From NCBI GenBank assembly GCA_964016885.1, contig OZ024741.1:72664001-72728000 (forward strand): a DNA stretch of 64,000 bases. Reading direction: 5' to 3'. The position numbers and the translations under genes were made by a program. Position 1 is the stretch's first letter; each line of letters begins with the position of its first letter. Below the pieces are notes generated by a model. It saw nothing but the letters and a program-made list of their open reading frames with translations, did no database searches and was not told the origin of the DNA. Below, one piece after another: positions 27,901 through 40,351 of this stretch. The stretch is from Eledone cirrhosa (taxonomy: Eukaryota).

Positions 27901-30900
27901 TTTAGTTGTTGTTGTTACTTTAGTTGTTGTTACTTTAGTTGTTGTTACTTTAAATGTTGTTACTTTAGTTGTTGTTGTTACTATAGTTGTTGTTACTTTA
28001 GTTGTTGTTGTTACTTTAGTTGTTGTTGTTACTTTAGTTGTTGTTGATACTTTAGTTGTTGTTGTTACTTTAGTTGTTGTTGATAGTTTAGTTGTTGTTG
28101 ATAGTTTAGTTGTTGTTACTATAGTTGTTGCTACTTTAGTTGTTTTTACTTTAGTTGCTGATCTTGCTTTAGTTGTTTTTGATAATTTAGTTGTTGTTGT
28201 TACTTTAGTTGTTGTTGTTACTTTAGTAGTTGTTGATAGTTTAGTTGTTGTTGATAGTTTAGTTGTTGTTACTTTAGTTGTTGTTGTTACTGTAGTTGTT
28301 GTTGTTACTTTAGTAGTTGTTACTTTAGTTGTTGTTGATAGTTTAGTTGTTGTTGATAGTTTAGTTGTTGTTATTTCTTTAGTTATTGTTGTTACTTTAG
28401 TTGTTGTTGATAGTTTTGTTGTTGTTACTTTAGTTGTTGTTGTTACATTAGTTGTTCTTGTTACTTTAGTTGTTGTTACTTTAGTTGTTGTTGATAGTTT
28501 AGTTGTTGTTGTTACTTTAGTTGTAGTTGTAACTTTACATGTTGTTGATAGTTTAGTTGTTGTTGCTTTAGTTGTTGTTGATAGTTTAGTTGTTGTTACT
28601 TTAGTTGTTGTTGATAGTTTAGTTGTTGTTGTTACTTTAGTTGTTGTTGTTATTTAGTTGTTGTTGATAGGTTAGTTGTTGTTGTTATTTAGTTGTTGTT
28701 GTTACATTAGTTGTTGTTGATAGTTTAGTTGTTGTTGTTACTTTAGTTGTTGTTGATAGCTTCGTTGTTGTTGTTATTTAGTTGTTAGAGTCATTTAGTT
28801 TTTGTTGTTACTTTAGTTCTCGTTGATAGTATAGTTGTTGTTGTTATATAGTTGTTGTTGTTACTTCAGTTGTTGTTGATAGTTTAGTTGCTGTTGTTAC
28901 TTTAGTTGTTGTTGATAGTTTAGTTGTTGTTGTTAGTTTAGTTCTCGTTGATAATTTAGTTGTTGTTGTTATTTAGTTGTTGTTGTTACTTTAGTTGTTG
29001 TTGTTACTTTAGTTGTAGTTGATAGTTTAGATGTTGTTGTTACTTTAGTTGTTGTTGTTACTTTAGTGGTTGTTGTTACATTAGTTGTTGTTGATAGATT
29101 AGATGTTGTTGTTACTTTAGTTGTTGTTGATAGTTTAGTTGTTGTTGTTATTTAGTTGTTGTTGTTATTTAGTTTTTGTTGTTACTTTAGTTGTTGTTGA
29201 TAGTTTAGATGTTGTTGTTACTTTAGTTGTTGTTACTTTAGTTGTTGTTACTTTAATTGTTGTTGATAGTTTAGTTGTTGTTGTTACTTAAGTTGTTGTT
29301 GTTACTTTAATTGTTGTTGATACTTTAGTTGTTGTTACTTTAGTTGTTGTTGTTACTTTAGTTGTTGATGTTACTTTAATTGTTGTTGATAGTTTAGTTG
29401 TTGTTACTTTAGTTGTTGGTTTTAATTTAGATGTTGTTGATAGTTTAGTTGTTGTTGCTTTAGTTGTTGTTGATAGTTTAGTTGTTGTTGTTACTTTAGT
29501 TGTTGTTGATAGTTTAGTTGTTGTTGTTATTTAGTTGTTGCTGTTATTTATTTGTTGTTGTTACTTTAGTTGTTGTTGTTACTTTAGTTGTTGATGTTAC
29601 TTTAGTTGTTGTTGTTACTTTAGTTGTTGTTGATAGTTTAGTTGTTGTTGTTATTTAGTTGTTGTTGTTACTTTAGTGGTTGTTGTTACATTAGTTGTTG
29701 TTGATAGTTTAGATGTTGTTGTTACTTTAGTTGTTGTTGATAGTTTAGTTGTTGTTGTTATTTAGTTGTTGTTGTTATTTAGTTTTTGTTGTTACTTTAG
29801 TTGTTGTTGATAGTTTAGATGTTGTTGTTACTTTAGTTGTTGTTACTTTAGTTGTTGTTACTTTAATTGTTGTTGATAGTTTAGTTGTTGTTGTTACTTA
29901 AGTTGTTGTTGTTACTTTAATTGTTGTTGATACTTTAGTTGTTGTTACTTTAGTTGTTGTTGTTACTTTAGTTGTTGATGTTACTTTAATTGTTGTTGAT
30001 AGTTTAGTTGTTGTTACTTTAGTTGTTGTTTTTAATTTAGATGTTGTTGATAGTTTAGTTGTTGTTGCTTTAGTTGTTGTTGATAGTTTAGTTGTTGTTG
30101 TTACTTTAGTTGTTGTTGATAGTTTAGTTGTTGTTGTTATTTAGTTGTTGCAGTTACTTTAGTTGTTGTTGATAGTTTAGTTGTTGTTGTTACTTTAGCT
30201 GTTGTTGTTACATTAGTTGTTGTTGATGGTTTAGTTGTTGTTGATACTTTAGTTGTTGTTGATACTTTAGTTGCTGTTGATACTTTACTTGTTGTTGTTA
30301 CTTTAGCTGTTGTTGATAGTTTAGTTGTTGTTGATGGTTTAGTTGTTGTTGATACTTTAGTTGTTGTTGATACTTTAGTTGCTGTTGATACTTTACTTGT
30401 TGTTGTTAGTTTAGATGTTGTTGATAGTTTAGTTGTTGTTGCTTTAGTTGTTGTTGATAGTTTAGTTGTTGTTGTTACCTTAGTTGTTGTTACTTTAGTT
30501 GTTGTTGTTACTTTAGTTGTTGTTACTTTAGTTGTTGTTACTTTAAATGTTGTTACTTTAGTTGTTGTTGTTACTATAGTTGTTGTTACTTTAGTTGTTG
30601 TTGTTACTTTAGTTGTTGTTGTTACTTTAGTTGTTGTTGATACTTTAGTTGTTGTTGTTACTTTAGTTGTTGTTGATAGTTTAGTTGTTGTTGATAGTTT
30701 AGTTGTTGTTACTATAGTTGTTGCTACTTTAGTTGTTGTTACTTTAGTTGCTGATCTTGCTTTAGTTGTTTTTGATAATTTAGTTGTTGTTGTTACTTTA
30801 GTAGTTGTTGATAGTTTAGTTGTTGTTGATAGTTTAGTTGTTGTTACTTTAGTTGTTGTTGTTACTGTAGTTGTTGTTGTTACTTTAGTAGTTGTTACTT
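16000..30900. repeat. Mosaic of dispersed kb-scale duplicated blocks within the array
   Basis: The marker pair AAATG...GCTGATCTTGC, always 205 bp apart, occurs at 18121/18326, 22379/22584, 27952/28157 and 30545/30750. GTTAGAGT occurs at 16401, 18881 and 28784. Near-identical ORFs start at 21127 and 24985 (offset 3858). Confidence 0.85.
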
Positions 30901-33349
30901 TAGTTGTTGTTACTTTAGTTCTTGCTGTTACTTTAGTTGTTGTTGATGGTTTAGTTATTGTTGTTACTTTAGTTGTTGGTGATAGTTTAGTTGTTGTTGA
31001 TACTTTAGTTATTGTTCTTAATTTAGTTGTTGTTACTTTAGTTGTTGTTGTTACTTTACTTGTTGGTGTTACGTTAGTTGTTGCTACTTTAGTTGTTGTT
31101 GATACTTTAGTTGTTGTTGTTACTTTAGTTGTTGCTACTTTAGTTGTTGTTACTTTAGTTGTTGTTGTTACTTTAGATGTTGCTACTTTAGTTGTTGTTA
31201 CTTTAGTTGTTTTTGTTACTTTAGTTGTTGTTACTTTAGTTGTTGTTGTTACTTTAGTTGTTGTTGTTACTTTAGTTGTTGTTTATACTTTAGTTGTTGT
31301 TGTTACTTTAGTTGTTGTTGTTACTTTAGTTGTTGTTGATAGTTTAGTTGTTGTTGATATTTAGTTGTTGTTGATATTTTAGTAGTTGTTGTTGCGTTAG
31401 ATGTTGTTACTTTAGTTGTTGTTACTTTAGATGGTGTTGATAATTTACATGTTTTTACGTTAGTTGTTGTTGATACATTAGTTGTTGTTACTTCAGTTGT
31501 TGTTGATAGTTTAGTTGTTGTTGTCTCTTTAGTTGTTGTTGTTACTTAATTGTTATGGTTACTTTAGTTGTTGTTGATAGTTTAGTTGTTGTTGATAGTT
31601 TAGTTGTTGTTGTTGCGATAGTTGTTGTTACTTTAGTTGTTGTTGTTACTTTAGATGGTGTTGATAATTTACTTGTTTTTACGTTAGTTGTTGTTGATAC
31701 TTTAGTTGTTGTTGATACTTTAGTTGTTGTTGATAGTTTAGTTGTTGTGTTTCTTTAGTTGTTGTTGTTACTTTAGTTTTTGTTGTTAATTTAGTTGTTG
31801 TTGATAGGTTAGTTGTTGTTGTTACTTTAGTTGTTGTTGTTACTTTAGATGTTGTTGATAGTTTAGTTGTTGTTACTTTAGTTGTTGTTACTTTAGTTGG
31901 TGTTGTTACTTTAGTTGTTGTTGATAGTTTAGTTGTTGCTGTTAGATTACTTGTTGCTGTTACTTTAGTTGTTGTTGATACTTTAGATGTTGTTCTTACT
32001 TTAGTTATTGTTACTTTAATTGTTGTTGTTACTTTAGTTGTTTTTGTTACTTTTGGTGTTGTTGTTACTTTAGTTGTTGTTACTTTAGCTGGTGTTGTTA
32101 CTTTAGTTGTTGTTGCAATTTTACTTGTTGTTGATAGTTTAGTTGTTGTTACTTTAGTTGTTGTTACTTTAGTTGTTGTTGATAGTTTAGTTGTTGTTGC
32201 GTTAGTTGTTGTTACTTTAGTTGTTTTTGATACTTGAGTTGTTGTTGATACTTCAGTTGTTGTTGTTACTTTAGTTGTTGTTGATAGTTTAGTTGTTGTT
32301 GTTTCTTTAGTTGTTGTTGTTACTTTAGTTGTTGTTGTTACTTTAGTTGTTGTTGATAGTTTAGTTGTTCTAGTTACTTTAGTTGTTGTTGTTACTTTAG
32401 TTGTTGTTGATACTTTAGTTGTTGTTGTTACTTTAGTTGTTGTTGTTAATTTAGTTGTTGTTGATAGGTTAGTTGTTGTTGTTACTTTAGTTGTTGTTGT
32501 TACTTTAGATGTTGTTGATATTGTGGCTGTTGTTACTTTAGTTGTTGTAACTTTAGTTGTTGTTGTTACTTTGGTTGTTGTTGATAGTTTAGTTGTTGTT
32601 GATAGTTTAGTTGTTGTTAGTTTAATTTTTGCTATTACTTCAGTTGTTGTTGATACATTAGTTGTTTTTGTTACTTCAGTTGTTGTTACTTTAGATGTTG
32701 TTGATAGTCTAGTTGTTGTTGATAGTTTAGTTGTTGTTGATAGTTTACTTGTTACATTTAGTTGTTGTTGTTACTTTAGTTGTTGCTGTTACTTTAGTTG
32801 TTGTTGATAGTTTAGTTTTTGTTGCTTAGTTGTTGCTGTTAATTTAATTGTTGTTGTTACTTTAGTTGTTGTTGATAGTTTTGTTGTCGTTGTTATTTTA
32901 GTTGTTGTTACTTTAGTTGTTGTTGTTACCTTAGTTGATGTTGATAGTTTAGTTGTTGTTGTTACTTTAGTTGTTGGTGATAGTTTGTAGTTGTAGATAA
33001 TTTAGTTGTTGTTGTTACTTTATTTGTTGTTACTTTAGTTGTTGTTGTTACTTTAGATGTTGTTGATAGTTTAGTTGTTGTTGCTTTAGTTGATGCTGAT
33101 ATTTTAGTTGTTGTTGTTACTTTAGTTGTTGTTGTTACTTTAGTCGTTGTTGTTACTTTAGTTGTTGTCGTTACTTTAGTTGTTGTTACTTTAGTTTTTG
33201 TTAATACTTTAGTTGTTGTTGATAGTTTAGTTTTTGTTGTTAGTTTAGTTGTTGTTGATACTTTAGATGTTCTTGTTACTTTCGTTCTGGTTACTTTAGT
33301 TGTTGTTGTTACTTTAGTTGTTGTTGTTACATTAGTTGTTGTTATTTTA

Positions 33350-35500
33350 GTTGTTGATAGTTTAGTTGTTGTTGATACTTTAGTTGTTGCTGTTACTTTA
33401 GTTGTTGTTGATACTTTAGATGTTGTTGTTACTTTAGTTGTTGTTACTTTAGTTGTTGTTGTTACTTTAGTTGTTGTCACATTAGCTGTTACTTTAGTTG
33501 TTGTTGTTACTTTAGTTGTTGTTGATAATTTAGTTGTTGTTACTTTAGTTGTTGAGGTTACTTTAGTTGTTGCTGATAGTTTAGTTGTTGTTACTTTAGT
33601 TGTTGTTAAATTAGTTGTTGTTGTTGCTTTAGTTGTTGTTAATTTACTTGTTGTTGTTACTTTAGTTGTTGTTGTTACATTAGATGTTGTTGATAGTATA
33701 GTTGTTGTTGTTACTTTAGTTGTTATTGTTACTTTAGTTGTTGTTGCTACATGAGTTGTTGTTGTTACTTTAGTTGTTGTCGTTACTTTAGTTGTTCTTA
33801 CTTTAGTTGTTGTTGTTACTTTAGTTGTTTTTGTTACTTTAGTTGTTGTTGTTCCTTAAGTTGTTGTTGATAGCTTAGTTTTTGTTGTTACCTTAGTTGT
33901 TGTCGTTACATTACTTGTTGTTTTTACTTTAATTGTTGTTACTTTAGTTGTTGTTACTTTAGTTGTTACTTTAGTTGTTGTTGTTACTCTAGTTGTTGTT
34001 GATAGTTTAGTTGTTGTAGTTACTTTAGTTGTTGTTGTTACTGTATTTTTGTTACTATAGTTGTTGTTGATAGTTAACTTGTTGTTGTTAATTTAGTTGT
34101 TGTTGTTACTTTAGTTGTTGTTACTTTAGTTGTTGTTCTTACTTTAGCTGTTTTTGTTTCTTTAGTTGCTGTTGTTGCTTTAGTTGTTGTTGATATTATA
34201 GTTGTTGTTGTTACTTTAGTTGTTGTTGTTACTTTAGTTGTTGTTGTTACATTAGTTGTTGTTGTTACTTTAATTGTTGTTGTTACTTTAGTTGTTGTTG
34301 TTAGTTTAGTTGTTGTTACTTTAGTTGTTGTTGTTACTTTAGTTGTTTTTGTTACTTTAGTTGTTGTTGTTCCTTTAGTTGTTGTTGATAGTTTAGTTGT
34401 TGTTGTTACTTTAGATGTTGTTGATAGTTTAATTGTTTTTGTTACTTTAATTGTTGTTCCTTTAGTTGTTGTTACTTTAATTGTTGTTGTGACTTTAGAT
34501 GTTGTCGTTAGTTTAGTTGTCGTTGTTACGTTAGTTGTTGTTGTTATTTTAGTTGTTGTTGCTTTAGTTGTTGTTGTTACTGTAGTTGTTGTTGATAGTT
34601 TAGTTGTTGTTGTTGTTACTTTAGTTGTTGTTGATAGTTTAGTTGTTGTTGTTACTTTAGTTGTTGTTGATACTTTAGTTGTTGTTACTTTAGTTGTTGT
34701 TGATACTTTAGTTGTTACTGTTACTTTAGTTGTTGTTGATACTTTAGATGTTGTTGTTACTTTAGTTGTTGTTAATTTAGTTGTTCTTGTTACATTAGTT
34801 GTTGTCACATTAGCTGTTACTTTAGTTGTTGTTGTTACTTTAGTTGTTGTTGAAAATTTAGTTGTTGTTACTTTAGTTGTTGCTGTTCCTTTAGTTGTTG
34901 TTGATAGTTTAGTTGTTGTTGTTGCTTTAGTTGTGGTTGATAGTTTAGTTGTTACTTTAGTCGTTGTTAATTTAGTTGTTGTTGATTGTTTAGTTGTTGT
35001 TACTTTAGTTGTTGTTAATTTAGTTGTTGTTGTTACTTTAGTTGTTGTTACGTTAGTTGTTGTTGTTACTTTAGATGTTGTTGATAGTATAGTTGTTGTT
35101 GTAACTTTAGTTGTTATTGTTACTTTAGTTGTTGTTGCTACATGAGTTGTTGTTGTTACTTTAATTGTTGTTGTTACTTTAGTTGTTGTTGTTACTTTAG
35201 TTGTTCTTACTTTAGTTGTTGTTGTTACTTTAGTTGTTTTTGTTACTTTAGTTGTTGTTGTTCCTTAAGTTGTTGTTGATAGTTTAGTTGTTGTCGTTAC
35301 TTTAGTTGTTGTTGATAGTTTAGTTTTTGTTGTTACCTTAGTTGTTGTCGTTACATCACTTCTTGTTTTTACGTTAATTGTTGTTACTTTAGTTGTTGTT
35401 ACTTTAGTTGTTGTTGTTACTGTATTTGTTGTTACTATAGTTGTTGTTGATACTTAACTTGTTGTTGTTAATTTAGTTGTTGTTGTTACATTAGTTGTTG
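33350..35500. repeat. Diverged ~1.35-kb tandem duplication
   Basis: Collinear rare markers: GTCACATTAGCTG at 33476/34804, CTACATGAG at 33747/35138, CCTTAAG at 33854/35263 and TTAACTTG at about 34075/35455. Confidence 0.8.
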
Positions 35501-38500
35501 TTACTTTAGTTGTTGTTGTTACTTTTGTTGTTGTTACTTTAGATGTTGTTGATAGTTTAGTTGTTGTTCTTACGTTAGTTGTTGTTGTTTCTTTAGTTGC
35601 TGTTGTGGCTTTAGTTGTTGTTGATAGTATAGTTGTTGTTGTTTCTTTAGTTGTTGTTGTTACTTTAGTTGTTGTTGTTACATTAGTTGTTGTTACTTTA
35701 ATTGTTGTTGTTACTTTAGTTGTTGTTGTTACTTTAGATGTTGTTACTTTAGTTGTTGTTGTTACTTTAGTTGTTTTTGTTACTTTAGTTGTTGTTGTTC
35801 CTTTATTTGTTGTTGATAGTTTAGTTGTTGTTGTTACGTTAGTTGTTGTTGTTACTTTAGTTGTTGTTGTTACTATAGTTGTTGTTGATAGTTTACTTGT
35901 TGTTGTTGCTTTAGTTGTTGTTGTTACTTTAGTTGTTGTTGTTACTATAGTTGTTGTTGATAGTTTAGTTGTTGTTGTTACTTTAGTTTTGTTGGTTCTT
36001 TAGTTGTTGTTGTTGCTTTAGTTGTTGTAGATAGTATAGTTGTTGTTGTTACTTTAGTTGCTGTTGTTACTTTAGTTTTTGTTGATAGTTTAGTTGTTGT
36101 TGTTACTTTAGTTGTTGTTGTTACATTAGTTGTTGTTGTTACTTTAATTGTTGTTGTTACTTTAGTTGTTGTTGTTAGTTTAGTTGTTGTTACATTTGTT
36201 GTTGTTGTTACTTTAGTTGTTGTTGATAATTTAGTTGTTGTTGTGGATAGTTTAGTTGCTGTTGTTACTTTAGTTTTGTTGTTACTTTAGTTGTTGTTGT
36301 TGCTTTAGTTTTTGTTGATAGTTTAGTTGTTGTTGTTGTTTTAGTTGTTGTTGTTACTTTAGTTGTTGTGGTTACTTTAGTTGTTGTTGTTTCTTTAGTT
36401 GCTGTTGTTGCTTTAGTTGTTGTTGATAGTATAGTTGTTGTTGTTACTTTAGTTGTTGTTGTTACTTTAGTTTTAGTTGTTACATCAGTTGTTGTTGTTA
36501 CTTTAATTGTTGTTGTTACTTTAATTGTTGTTGTTAATTTAGTTGTTGTTACTTTAGTTGTTGTTGTTACTTTAGTTGTTCTTGTTACTTTAGTTGTTGT
36601 TGTTCCTTTAGTTGTTGTTGATAGTTCAGTTGTCGTTACGTTAGTTGTTGTTTTTATTTAGTTATTATTGATAGTTTATTTGATGTTGTTACTTTAGTTG
36701 TTGTTGTTACTTTACTTATGTTGTTGTTACTTTAGTTGTTGTTGATAGTTTAGTTGTTGTTGTTGGTTTAGTTTTGTTGTTTCTTTAGTTGTTGTTGTTG
36801 CTTTAGTTGTTGTTGATAGTTTAGTTGTTGTTGTTACTTTAGTTGTTGTTGATAGTTTAGTTGTTGTTGTTACTTTAGTTGTTGTTACTTTAGTTGTTAT
36901 TGATAGTTTAATTGTATTTGTTACTTTAATTGTTGTTCCTTTAGTTGTTGTTACTTTAATTGTTGTTGTGACTTTAGTTGTTGTCGTTAGTTTAGTTGTT
37001 GTTGTTACGTTAGTTGTTGTTGTTATTTTAGTTGTTGTTGCTATAGTTGTTGTTGTTATTGTAGTTGTTGTTGATAGTTTAGTTGTTGTTGTTACTTTAG
37101 TTGTTGTTATTACTGTAGTTGTTGTTTTTACTTATGTTGTTGTTACTTTAGTTGTTGTTGATAGTTTAGTTGTTGTTGTTACTTTAGTTTTGTTGTTTCT
37201 TTAGTTGTTGTTGTTGCTTTAGTTGTTGTTGATAGTTTAGTTGTTGTTGTTACTTTAGTTGTTGTTGTGACTTTAGTTGTTGTTGTTAATTAGATGTTGT
37301 TGTTACTTTAGTTGTTGTTGTTACTTTAGTTGTTGTTGTTAGTTTAGTTGTTGCTACTTTAGTTGTTGTTGTTACTTTAGTTGTTTGTGTTACTTTACTT
37401 GTTGTTAATTTAGTTGTTGTTACGTTAGTTGGTGTGTTACTTTACTTGTTGTTGTTAATTTAGTTGTTGTTGTTACTTTAGTTGTTGTTGTTACTTTAGT
37501 TGTTGTTGATAGTTTAGTTGTTGTTGTTACTTTAGATGTTGTTACTTTAGTTGTTATTGTTACTTTAGTTGTTGATGTTACTTTAGTTGTCGTTACTATA
37601 GTTGTTGTTGATAGTTTAGTTGTTGTTATTTTAGTTGTTGTTGATAGTTTAGTTGTTGTTACTTTAGTTGTTGTTGTTACTTTAGTTGCTGTTACTTTAG
37701 TTGTTATTGTTACGTTAGTTGTTGTTGTTACTTTAGTTGTTGTTGATATTTTAGTTGTTGTTGTTGATAGTTTAGTTGTTGTTGTTACTTTAGTTGTTGT
37801 TGTTACTTTAGTTGTTGTTACTTTAGTTTTTGTTGTTACTTTAGTTGTTGTTACTTTAGTTGTTGTTGATATTTTAGTTTTTGTTGTTACTTTAGTTGTT
37901 GTTGTTACTTTAGTTGTTGTTGATAGTTTAGTTATTTTTGTTGCTTTAGTTGTTGTTGATACTTTAGTTGTTGTTACTTTAGTTGTTGTTGTTACTTTAG
38001 TTGTTGTTTTTACTTTAGTTGTTGTTGATAGTTTAGTTGTTGTTGTTACTTTATTTGTTGTTGTTATTTTAGTTGTTGTTGTTACTATAGTTGTTGTTGA
38101 TAGTTTAGTTTTTGTTGTTACTTTAGTTGTTGTTACTTTAGTTGTTGTTGTTACTTTAGTTGTTGTACATAGGTTAATTGTTTTTGTTACTTTAGTTGTT
38201 GTTCCTTTACTTGTTGTTACTTTAGTTGTTGTTGATAGGTTAATTGTTGTTGTTACTTTACTTGTTGTTCCTTTAGTTTGTTGTTACTTTAGTAGTTATT
38301 GTTTCTTTAGTTGTTGTTGTTACTTTAGTTGTTGTTGTTTCTTTAGTTGTTGTTGATAGTTAAGTTGTTGTTGTTGCTTTAGTTATTGTTACTTTAGTTG
38401 TTGTTGCTTTAGTTGTTGTTGATAGTTTAGTTGTTGCTGTTACTTTAGTTGTTGCTGATAGTTTAGTTTTTGCTATTACTTTAGTTGTTGTTGTTACTTT

Positions 38501-40351
38501 ATTTGTTGTTGATAATTTAGTTGTTGTTACTTTTGTTGTTATTGTTACTTTAGTTGTTGTTACTTTAGTTGTTGTTGATAGTTTAGTTGTTGTTGTTACT
38601 TTAGTTGTTGTTACTTTAGTTGTTGTTCTTACTTTAGTTGTTTTTGTTACTTTAGTTGTTGTTCTTACTTTAGTTGTTGTTGATAGTTTAGTTGTTGTTG
38701 TTACTTTAGTTGTCGTTGATAGTTTATTTGTTATTGTTACTTTAGTTGTTGTTGTTACTTTAGTTGTTGTTGTTATTGTAGTTGTTGTTGTTACTATAGT
38801 TGTTGTTGATAGTTTAGTTGTTGTTACTTTAGTTGTTGTTGTTACTTTAGTTGTTGTTACTTTAGTTGTTGTTGTTGTTTCTTTAGTTGTTGTTGTTACT
38901 TTAGTTGTTGTTGTTACTTTAGTTGTTGTTGATACTTTAGTTGTTGTTGTTACTTTAGTTGTTGTTGATAGTTTAGTTTATTGATGATAGTTTAGTTGTT
39001 GTTGTTACTTTAGTTGTTGTTGATATTTTAGTTGTTGTTGTTACTTTAGTCGTTGTTGTTACTTTAGTTGTTGTTGATATTTTAGTTGTTGTTGTTGCTT
39101 TAGTTATTGTTGATACTTTAGTTGTTGTTACTTTAGTTGTTGTTGGTACGTTAGTTGTTATTGTTACTTTAGTTGTTGTTGTTACTTTAGTTGTTGTTGT
39201 TACTGTAGTTGTTGTTGTTACTATAGTTGTTGATTGTTTAGTTGTTGTTAATTTAGTTGTTGTTGTTACTTTAGTTGTTGTTGATAGGTTAATTGTTGTT
39301 GTGACTTTAGTTGTTATTGATAGTTTATTTGTTATTACTTTAGTTGTTGTTACTTTATTTGTTGTTGTTACTTTAGTTTTTGTTGTTTCTTTAGTTGTTG
39401 TTGATAGTTAAGTTGTTGTTGTTGCTTTAGTTATTGTTACTTTAGTTGTTGTTACTTTAGTTGTTGTTGATAGTTTAGTTGTTGCTGTTAATTTAGTTGT
39501 TGCTGATAGTTTAGTTTTTGATATTACTTTAGTTGTTGTTGTTACTTTACTAGTTGTTCCTTTAGTTGTTGTTACTTTAGTAGTTGTTGTTTCTTTAGTT
39601 GTTGTTGTTACTTTAGTTGTTGTTGTTTCTTTAGTTGTTGTTGATAGTTAAGTTGTTGTTGATGCTTTAGTTATTGTTACTTTAGTTGTTGTTACTTTAG
39701 TTGTTGTTGATAGTTTAGTTGTTGCTGTTACTTTAGTTGTTGCTGATAGTTTAGTTTTGGATATTATTTAGTTGTTGTTGTTACTTTATTTGTTGTTGAT
39801 AGTTTAGTTGTTGTTACTTTTGTTGTTATTGTTACTTTAGTTGTTGTTACTTTAGTTGATGTTCTTACTTTAGTTGTTTTTGTTACTTTAGTTGTTGTTG
39901 TTACTTTAGTTGTTGTTGATAGTTTAGTTTTTGTTGTTACTTTAGTTGTCGTTGATAGTTTATTTGCTATTGTTACTTTAGTTCTTGTTGTTACTTTAGT
40001 TGTTGTTGTTACTTTAGTTGTTGTTGTTACTTTAGTTGTTGTTGATAGTTTAGTTGTTGTTACTTTTGTTGTTATTGTTACTTTAGTTGTTGTTACTTTA
40101 GTTGTTGTTGATAGTTTAGTTGTTGTTGTTACTTTAGTTGTTGTTACTTTAGTTGTTGTTCTTACTTTAGTTGTTTTTGTTACTTTAGTTTTTGTTGTTA
40201 CTTTAGTTGTTGTTGATAGTTTAGTTGTTGTTGTTACTTTAGTTGTCGTTGATAGTTTATTTGTTATTGTTACTTTAGTTGTTGTTGTTACTTTAGTTGT
40301 TGTTGTTACTGTAGTTGATGTTGTTACTATAGTTGTTGTTGATAGTTTACT

